A stretch of DNA of 64,000 bases from Octopus vulgaris (lineage: Eukaryota), in NCBI GenBank assembly GCA_951406725.2, contig OX597815.1:180792001-180856000 (forward strand), written 5' to 3'. Positions 53,818-64,000 of this stretch are shown here, in pieces. The notes under the pieces are model-generated. The model saw only the letters and a list, made by a program, of their open reading frames with translations. It had not been told where the DNA came from and ran no database searches. A program made the translations under genes and the position numbers. Position 1 is the first letter of the stretch; each line of letters begins with the position of its first letter.

Positions 53818-53980
53818 AGGCGCAGGAGTGGCTGTGTGGTAAGTAGCTTGCTTAGCAACCACATAGTTCCGGGTTCAGTCCCGCTGCGTGGCATCTTGGG
53901 CAAGTGTCTTCTGCTATAGCCTCGGGCCGACCAATGCCCTGTGAGTGGATTTGGTAGACGGAAACTGAAAGAAGCCTGTC

Positions 53981-54026
<46 letters not shown>

Positions 54027-54238
54027 TTGTGTGTCTGTGTTTGTCCCCCTAGCATTGCTTGACAACCGATGCTGGTGTGTTTACGTCCCCGTCACCTAGC
54101 GGTTCGGCAAAAGAGACCGATAGAATAAGTACTGGGCTTACAAAGAATAAGTCCTGGGGTCGATTTGCTCGACTAAAGGCGGTGCTCCAGCATGGCCGCA
54201 GTCAAATGACTGAAACAAGGAAAAGAAAAGAGAGAGAG
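53818..54238 (+). mobile_element. Family B CORE-type SINE, full length
   Basis: tRNA-like head, CORE-like domain, (TA)n, tail ggccgcagtcaaatgactgaaacaag. Confidence 0.92.
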
Positions 54239-54329
54239 TAAATAATCGCATTGTTGAATTATTCTTTTAGATCAGTATTTCTCAACGGGAATTTCAGGGG
54301 AGAGTTTTAGGGAGTCGCTGGCGATGTAT

Positions 54330-54878
54330 CGTGATGAGCAAAAATCCGGCCTGCTAAAATTTGGCTAAAGTGATTCAAACTGCAGACTCAACGCAAAACG
54401 GCCACATTTAATTCAAAGCGTTAAAAATGTTATGAAAACAATTGGTATGTGTTCACAAAGTTCAAACGATTAATACGAACCCAACCCCCCGGGCTACATC
54501 CCGAAAATTCATTTCTTTGCGGAATTTCTACAATGTTTACGGCGATTCGTTTTTATATCTTGATTTTTTTATTTTTCATGCAATTTCCGTATGCTTGCAC
54601 GCGTGGTGAACACAATTCACACCAAACAGCTGACTGAGTAAAGTTCACTATTCAATGCATGGGATAAGGCCTAAACAAACACATTATCGATTTTTGCACT
54701 TGCGAGATGAATTTCGGAACAGAAATATCGCAGTTCAATTTTCATTCGCCTAAACTTTAAGTGACCCATTTTTGGTGGTTCTACGATTTGTTGGCTAGGA
54801 GGAGATGTGCCGGGAAGTTAAACACACAGACACACAGATACATACACAGACACACAATTTGAGTTTTATATATATAGA
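54330..54878 (-). mobile_element. Helitron-like 5' portion nested in hAT fossil
   Basis: Minus start TCtatatatataaaactcaaattgtgtgtctgtg like the other Helitrons; 3' end not seen. Confidence 0.5.
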
Positions 54879-54883
54879 TATTC

Positions 54884-56098
54884 TTGCATCTCAGAGGGTT
54901 GCAGACTATGTTTCACATTCTCAAATCTTTCCTTTTTGAACATAATATCACACTTAGTGATATTCTTGCCTGTGCATCTGATGAAGCCCCTTCGATGATA
55001 GGAAGATACAGAGGCTTTTCATCTCTCCTAAAGCATGAAATTTCCCACCAGATACTAACTTCATTGCTTGGCGCATCAGCAGCATTTTGTGGCAAAAAAT
55101 ATGAACGGTAGATTGAATGATGCGCTACAGTTAGTTATCAGGACTGTGAGCAAATTGAATCCCAGCCCCTTTTCTGATCGAATTTTCCATCAACTACCAT
55201 ACTAAACTGTTATACCATACCGAAGTGCAGCAGCTGTCAAAAGCAAACTGTGTTTTACGCTTTGTTTGAACTGTTTCATATAATCATATCTTTCTTTGAC
55301 GATACTCCAGTATCCGCTTCATTGATGGCTGCAAGGTGCGATATCGTTTTTTCTTCGTGATGTATTCACAAAATTAAATGATTTGAATAAGTTATTGCAA
55401 ACTTAATCCTTCATAAAGCACCGTTAATCGACACCACTATAAGGTCGGATTTGTAAACAGACAGTTTTCGAGAAGCTCTTCACGAACTGACCAATTACCA
55501 GGCTCAACGATGAGTGAATGTTTGCAGCGAATATACGATGCTTTGAAAGCCCGCTACCCGGAATTGGTCAGTCGAAGACGCGTATCCCTATAGTACGACG
55601 ATGCACCAGCGCTCACTGCTGTTCATGAAACCAAGAGGAACAGAAAATCTCTCGGTGATTGTAAATCATTTATCACTAACTTAACTTTGAAATTGGTGCT
55701 GTAGAAGACTAACATTTCAAAAAGGTCAATTCCATCAATTTCCATAACTTGATTCTTTGAAAGTGGAATTGGTTGATGAGGATTTAACTAATTATCGCAA
55801 ATATTTACAATCATTGCATGATGACATGGTGGAGTGGTTTCAAGATGTTATTTCGCTGAATATTCCAAATTGGTTTAGCAATCCGTTTGAAGTCGATGCA
55901 GTGGATTGTGAGGACGACATTCAGGAGGAATTGATAGAATTACAAAATGACAATGACGCCACAATGTGATAGAGCTGTGAGGGCAAAGAAGGTTTGTGGT
56001 ACCATCAGAGTATATTGAATTCCTACTTCAATCTGTGGAAACATCTGAAATTATTTTTGCTTGCCTTCCCTACCTCATACCTTGTTGAATCTGGTTCT
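54884..56098 (+). pseudogene. Decayed hAT (Buster/Charlie-type) transposase
   Basis: ACASDEAPSMIGRYRGF, HQQHFVAKN, LLYHTEV..LSK, NPF...IQEELIELQND, LAFPTSYLVESG motifs with stops/frameshifts; TIR-like CAGTATTTCTCAAC at 54273. Confidence 0.9.
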
Positions 56099-56176
56099 AA
56101 CTATGCTGGAACTTTGTACAAATGTATAAAGATGTATACATATATTCATACATACATACATACATACATACATACA

Positions 56177-56212
<36 letters not shown>

Positions 56213-56407
56213 TACATACATACATACATACATACACACTCATATATATCTATATATACATGTATACATACATATATATATACTCATATATAAATACATA
56301 TACAAATATATATATACATACATACATACATATACATATACATAAATACATACATAAATACATACACACACACATACAAATATATATACATATATATATA
56401 TATATAC

Positions 56408-56448
<41 letters not shown>

Positions 56449-56931
56449 CATACATACATATACATATATATATATATACACACATGCATATGTGTGTATA
56501 CATATGCGTATATGTATACACGTGTATGTGCGCGTGTGCATGTGTAAGAAAGAGAGGGTGAGATTGAGAGTGAAAGAGAGAGAGAAGTTTAAATAACCTT
56601 CTGTTTGAAGGCTAATGAACAAATGTCTCATAGAGTAATGTGTTAAGCCCGAGGAAAGATAAACAAGAGATCGCAAGTGAATGTCACTTGAAGAAATGTG
56701 TGTAGCAGTGGTTGTTTACATTATATCGGTTACACGACTGCGAAGTGTAGGGACAGTTATTACAGCCAGGTTTTAAAGGGTCAAATAATGTATGAAATTT
56801 TGTTACGAAATGTTTTGCTTTTCGTCACTTGATTCGAAGAAACATTGTTGCGAAGCGTAATGGTTATAACAGTCAATATTTAAAAAAAAAACGTGTGTGA
56901 TGTTGTTGTTCTTGTGTTGGTATTACTGTTT

Positions 56932-57162
56932 AAGGCGGCGAGCTGGCAGAAACGTTAGCACGCCGGGCGAAATGCTTAGCGGTATTTCGTCTGCGTTACG
57001 TTGTGAGTTCAATTCCGCCGAGGTCGACTTTGCCTTTCATCCTTTCGGGGCCGATAAATTAAGTACCAGTTACGCATTGGGGTCGATGTAATCGACTTAA
57101 TACCCATGTCTGTCCTTGTTTGTCCCCTCTATGTTTAGCCCCTTGCGGGTAATAAAGAAATA
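56932..57162 (+). mobile_element. Family A SINE with TSD ttactgtttaa
   Basis: Full length; TSD on both sides. Confidence 0.92.
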
Positions 57163-57519
57163 GTTACTGTTTAAACCCAGGCCAATACGAATTGAGAAGA
57201 CCGGTGAGAAGATCTCCGATATGTGTGATTAACCCAGCATTCCTTCGGTTTCTTCGAAGAATGTTACATTATACAATGTAATTTACCCGCTGGTTTGATT
57301 AAGAGGGGTGAAAATATTGCAATTAGAACCATTTTACGCTATACTCTCTTTTACTCTTTTTACTCTTTTACTTGTTTCAGTCATTTGACTGTAGCCATGC
57401 TGGAGCACCGCCTTTAATCGAGCAACTCGACCCCGGGACTTATTCTTTGTAAGCCCAGTACTTATTCTATCGGTCTCTTTTGCCGAACCGCTAAGTGGAA
57501 AAAAAGAAAAAAAAAAAAC

Positions 57520-58290
57520 AGAGAGGAAGGGCAGCGAGAAAAGAAATTAATGGTGTGGAAGGTCCAGTAAATGTCAACGAACCTGTGGCAGAAAACTGGT
57601 TCAGATATTTCAACGAAGGTAACACCAGCCTCGAAGGCAAACCAAGGTAAGGGAGACACTTTGTTGTGGAAGATGAGGCCTTACTTGAAATGGCTGAACA
57701 ACGGCCAAGCTCAAGCACTCGGACATTGTCGGTAGAACTTAATCCTTCATAAAGCACCGTTAATCGACACCACTATAAGGTCGGATTTGTAAACAGACAG
57801 TTTTCGAGAAGCTCTTCACGAACTGACCAATTACCAGGCTCAACGATGAGTGAATATTTGCAGCGAATATACGATGCTTTGAAAGCCCGCTACCCGGAAT
57901 TGGTCAGTCGAAGACGCGTATCCCTATAGTACGACGATGCACCAGCGCTCACTGCTGTTCATGTAACCAAGAGGAACTTGAGGGACTGGAAATGCTGTCT
58001 CATCCTGCTTACAGTCCACAAGTTGCATCATCAGATTACCACCTTTTCTGAGCCATGGCTCATTTTTTGCACAGACGGAAGTACAACAATGTGAACGGGG
58101 TTGAAAACGGGTGCAGGGAGTTTTTTTTCCTCTACACCAGCCAAAATGGTGTAAACGTGGAATTCACCTTCTGGCACAACGATGGCAACAGACCAAAGAA
58201 TATGATGGAATGTATTTTAATGAATAAACACTCTTCGTATGTAATTTGTTTGAATTATAAATTAAAGTCTGAAATACGAAAAAACACATC
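57520..58290 (+). pseudogene. Decayed, internally deleted mariner transposase
   Basis: NWFRYFNEGNTSLEGKPR*GR (HTH/linker) and HPAYSPQVASSDYHLF (YSPDLAPSD motif). Confidence 0.9.
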
Positions 58291-58425
58291 TAGGTGTATG
58301 TATATACATATTTGTGTGTATGTGTATATGTAATCTTTGATCCTCTCTCATTCACTTATTCATTGAATGCATCTATCAATCTGTCTGCCTGTTTGTATGT
58401 CTGCCTGTCTCTCTCTTTCTCCCCT

Positions 58426-59570
<1,145 letters not shown>

Positions 59571-59983
59571 GTTGACTCACTAACTAGTTAGCTTGGAGGC
59601 TAGATAGCTACCTGCACAGGAGCGTATTTCCGTTTATATACGTGTCTACCAGCTTACCTGACAATCTGTCTCTTTTGTCTTTATAAGTCTGTCGCTGTCT
59701 GAATATTCATTCATTCATTCATTCATTCATTCATTCATTCATTCATTCGTTCGTTCATTCATTCATGATTTTTTTTTTACTGAATAATAGTGCATCAGAC
59801 GGTATCTTAGCGATATATGACCTTGTGAACTATGACACTCGGGATTTGGAGAAGACTAACTGTCTATATTATCCCCTGATCAGGTCAAAGGGTCACCGAA
59901 ACACACAAGCAAGCAAAAAAATTCACCCGCGCAGATAAAAGCATAACAGCGCAGCTAACTTACGATCCCGTTTACATAGATCG

Positions 59984-60052
<69 letters not shown>

Positions 60053-60066
60053 CACACACGCACACA

Positions 60067-60100
<34 letters not shown>

Positions 60101-60409
60101 ATACCTGTACAGCCCGTAAGAACATTCATACTAAATACAAAGATGCAGAATTTCGTTTACACCGGTGGAAATTAAACACTTGTGTCTCACACCGCTACTC
60201 ACGTGCTCTTGCTTTCATTCTATCCGTCTTCCTTTCTTCTCTCTCTCTTTCTTTCCCGCTTTGTCGTCCTGCCCCTGTCTCATTCTCACCACATATATAC
60301 TCACCTGCGTAGATGGGAATAATCAGGTGTAAAATACCCGTGTGTTATCGAGCCACGCCCACATTTCATCAACAATGCTAAGACATAAGAGATAAAGCTA
60401 TGTGCAATA

Positions 60410-60765
60410 GCGCAGTCATTTGACTGCGGCCATGCTGGAGTACCGCCTTTAGTCGAACAAGTCAACTGCAGGACTTATTCTATGCAAGCCTAGTACTTAT
60501 TTTATCGGTCTTCTTTGCCACACCGCTAAGTTACGGGGACGTAAATACCCCAACATCGGTGTCAAACGATGGTAGTAGTGGCGGTTGGGGACAAACACAC
60601 ACACACATACATATATGACGGGCTTCTTTCAGTTTCCATCTACCAAATCGACTCACAAAGCTTTGGTCGGTCCGAGGCTATAGTAGAAGACACTTCTACT
60701 ATAGCCTCGGGTTGACCAAAGCCTTGTGGGTGGATTTGGTAGACGGAAACTGAAAGAAGCCTGTC

Positions 60766-60802
<37 letters not shown>

Positions 60803-60890
60803 TGTGTTTGTTCTCCCCCCCCCAACATCGCTTGACAACCGATGTTGGTGAGCTTACGTTCTCGTCACATAGCGCTTCGGCAAGAGCTGA
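60410..60890. mobile_element. Two family B SINE halves fused head-to-head
   Basis: Junction gctatagtagaagacac|ttctactatagcctcgg at ~60690. Confidence 0.8.
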
Positions 60891-60993
60891 CAGAGTCGTC
60901 AGGACGCTGGTCTAGAGTCAATGTAATCCATTACGCTCTTTCCCTCAAATGTCTGCTGGCCTTTTGTCTATACTTGAAAGAATTAATAGTGTT

Positions 60994-61720
60994 AAGGCAA
61001 GGGGGAGCTGGCAGAATCGTTAGCACGCCGGACAAAATGCTTTGCGGCATTTCGCCCGTCTTTATCTTCTGAGTTCAAATCTTACCGAGGTTGACTTTAC
61101 CTTCATCCTTCCCTAAAACATGCTGGCGTTGTGCCTATAGTAATAAAAAAAATTGATCGCGAATTGGCAGAATCATTAGCACGCCGGACGAAATGCTTAG
61201 TGGTATTTCGTCCGTCTTTATTGTCCGAGTTCAGATTCCGCCGAGGTCGACTTTGCCTATCATCCTTTCGGGGTCGATGAAATAAGTACCAGTTACGCAC
61301 AGGGGTCGATATAATTGACTTAATACCTATGTCTGTCCTTGTTTGTCCCATCTGTGTTTAGCCCCTTGTGGGTAATAAAGAAATAGGTATTTCGTCCGTC
61401 TTTGTTGTCTGAGTTCAGATTCCGCCGAGGTCGACTTTGCCTTTCATCCTTTCGGGGTCGATTAAATAAGTACCAGTTACACAATAGGGTCGATATAATC
61501 GACTTAATCCGTCTGTCTGTCCTTGTTTGTCCTCTCTATGTTTAGTCCCTTGTGGGTAGTAAAGAAATAGGTATTTCGTCTGCCGCTACGTACTGAGTTC
61601 AAATTCCGCCGAGGTTTTCCTTTCATTCTTTCGGGGTTGGTAAATTAAATACTAGTTGCGTACTGAGGTCGATCTAATCGACTTACTCCTTCCCCTGGCG
61701 CCTTTAGAAGAAAGAACTAT
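60994..61720 (+). mobile_element. Family A SINE array
   Basis: Heads at 60994 and 61160; headless bodies restarting at 61387 and 61571. Confidence 0.9.
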
Positions 61721-62326
61721 TCTTATTATCATTGTAAGCAGCAGCAGCAGTCATAGCAGCAGTACAATAAATTGAGCATGTCCTGACCTTAGCCTATTTT
61801 CAATAAATTCTAACCAATTACACGTTTTCAATCTATCGCATTTATTATAATTATTTCATACTTTTACTCTATCCTTAATTCAATCATCATGAGTCATCAT
61901 TAACCATCATGAATCACCATCAACCATCAACATCTACCGAACAAAGCGAGCGCATGCATTACTTTGTTGATTCTAAACGCATAATGATATTTAATTCGTT
62001 CTCAAAAGGTTTTCATATGTATATTTAATTATCCATACCTCCAGGCAGCTATTTTGCGATACCGTCCTAGGTTAGTGCAAAGTACCAGGCATTCATTGTG
62101 TTAAATTCAAATAGCCCAGGGCGGAGAAAGGTCAGATGACAATAATTTGTTTGTATTAATTATCGTGTTTTATTGTTCTCAGAAAAGAATAAAACGTTTA
62201 AATTATTGCAGAGATTCGAACACTGAATGAATGATACTTAATTTTCACTTACGTTCAAAATGTTTAAATGCAATAAAAATTTCGAGTAGGTTTTTCAGTC
62301 TGAGAGCAATGAACGTTGTTCAAATC

Positions 62327-62957
62327 GGATCTTTTCCTTTTGAACGGCAGACAATTTCTAGTTAACTAAACACTTTTAAACTTCGTATACTGGTAGAATG
62401 TGTCAAAATAAAACATTTTTTTCTCTTGGCTTTCTTGAGAAAATTGTAATTTGTTTGTTTAACGTAGTTTAATTTTTCGAATTTTAACCAATCCTATGCT
62501 CTCTTTTGAGCTAAAATCATTTGCTGCGTCTAAAACTGAGACAACATCCTGTAACTAACCCTAAACCTAACAGACAACATCCTAACCCCTAAACCTTTTC
62601 TTTTTTTAATTGTTAAATTAATTTAATTGTTACGCGTGTAAAAAAACTAAAGCAATGGAATTAAATTAATTTAACAATTAAGAAAAAAAAATTAGGGTTA
62701 GGGTTAGGGTTAGTTACAGAATGTTGTCTCAGTTTTAGAGGCAGCAAATGATTTTAGTTGAATGGAGGTAATCGATTGGTTAAAATTGCCGAAATGCTCG
62801 GATTTTCAGACGAAATATCTGACAAACTATAGAATTTTCTCAATAAAACCAAGAGAAAACGATGTTTTATAAACATATTCTACCAGTATACGAAGTTTAA
62901 AAGTGTTTAGTTAACTAGAAATTGTGTTGACATCTGCCGTTCAAAAGGAAAAGATCC
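62327..62957. mobile_element. 631-bp fold-back DNA transposon with 8-bp TSD and internal telomere-like repeats
   Basis: TIR GGATCTTTTCCTTTTGAACGGCAGA; TSD TTCAAATC (62319-62326, 62958-62965); (TTAGGG)3 at 62692 and degenerate CCCTAA in the left arm. Confidence 0.92.
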
Positions 62958-63109
62958 TTCAAATCTCTCCTCAGGTATTTGAGCAGAACGGCTGGGATGG
63001 GGGGAAGGCAGATAAAAAAAAAGGAACAAAATGCACGGAAGAGGAAATTCGCTTGAAATTTTTCGTTTGGTTTAACAAGCGTAAGTTACCACCTATATAT
63101 TCCACTGGT

Positions 63110-63560
63110 ACTCACACACGCACACATACATACACGTACACACACGCACACGCATACACGTGCACACATACACACACACGCGCACACACACATATATACA
63201 CACAAACACACACACACACAAACACACACAAGCACATACACACATACACACGCAAACACACACACATACATACACATACACACACAAGCACACACATACA
63301 CACGCACACACACATACACACACAAACATACACACACACAAGCACATACACACATACACACACACATACACACACAAACACACACACACATACACACATA
63401 CACACATACACACACACGCACACACATACACACGCACACACACATATACACAAGCACACACACAAACATACACACAAGCATATATGCAGCACATACACAC
63501 ACACGCACACAAATACACACAAACACATACCTACGCGCGCGCACACACACACACATGTAT
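63110..63560. repeat. Degenerate (CA)n tract
   Basis: Direct observation. Confidence 0.97.
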
Positions 63561-63574
63561 ATACTCTTAATTTT

Positions 63575-63885
63575 TAGTTGTTTCAGTCATTTGACTGCGG
63601 CCATGCTGGGGCACCGCCTTGAAGAATTTTCAGTCAAATAAATCGGCCCCAGTATTTATTTTTTTTTTTAGTTTTTTAAGCCTGGTATTTGTTCTGTCGG
63701 CTTGTTTTGCCGAACCGCTAAATTACGGGGTTGTAAACACACCAACACCGGTTGTCAAACGGTTGTAGGAGACAAGCACAGACAAATATACACACACACA
63801 TACATACACACGCATATATGTACGACGGGCTTCTTTCAGTTTCCGTCTTCCCAATCCACGCATAAGGCTTTTGTTGGCCCGAGGT
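63575..63885 (-). mobile_element. Family B SINE, head missing
   Basis: Reverse-complement tail and body. Confidence 0.85.
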
Positions 63886-64000
63886 CACATGCCTAATAGA
63901 AGCTATTAGAATAGAGGCTATAATAGAAGTCACAGGTAGTGTCTTCACTCAACATCACCACCACCACCACCACCAACTACAACAACATCAACAACAACAA

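Noticed and set aside
54975-54990. CTGATGAAG motif
   Set aside because: Encodes SDE of the hAT transposase; no ribozyme stems.
60994-61720. CRISPR-like repeat array
   Set aside because: Units are ~185-bp SINE bodies without unique spacers; eukaryotic context and no cas genes.
62550-62715. Telomere or chromosome fusion site
   Set aside because: Only a few TTAGGG units, located inside a TSD-flanked transposon.

Overview
AT-rich, repeat-saturated animal genomic DNA. The SINE families and microsatellite load point to a coleoid cephalopod, probably Octopus; this is inference, not a database hit. No intact host gene can be established. Almost all listed ORFs come from (TA)n/(CA)n/(TATC)n microsatellites or SINEs, and only a few weak candidate exons remain. 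Contents: dozens of tRNA-derived SINEs (Nin-domain, CORE-type and a third family); 5'-truncated Tx1-like LINEs stacked in (TATC)n; R4/Dong-like RLE tails in (TAA)n; an RTE fragment; decayed mariner and hAT transposases; non-autonomous Helitrons; several MITEs; and a decayed Penelope-like GIY-YIG endonuclease. The most interesting signal is RNA-level: about a dozen type I hammerhead ribozyme motifs in at least eight unrelated sequence contexts. They include a 364-bp tandem/inverted retrozyme-like unit in (TA)n, a tRNA-headed SINE carrying a hammerhead, and cores with three different pairs at the catalytic 3-8 tertiary position (C-G, U-A, G-C). Also notable are three independent 240-300 bp locally templated insertions and a SINE whose 3' tail matches the Tx1-like LINE. 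All motifs were read by eye; cleavage activity is untested.
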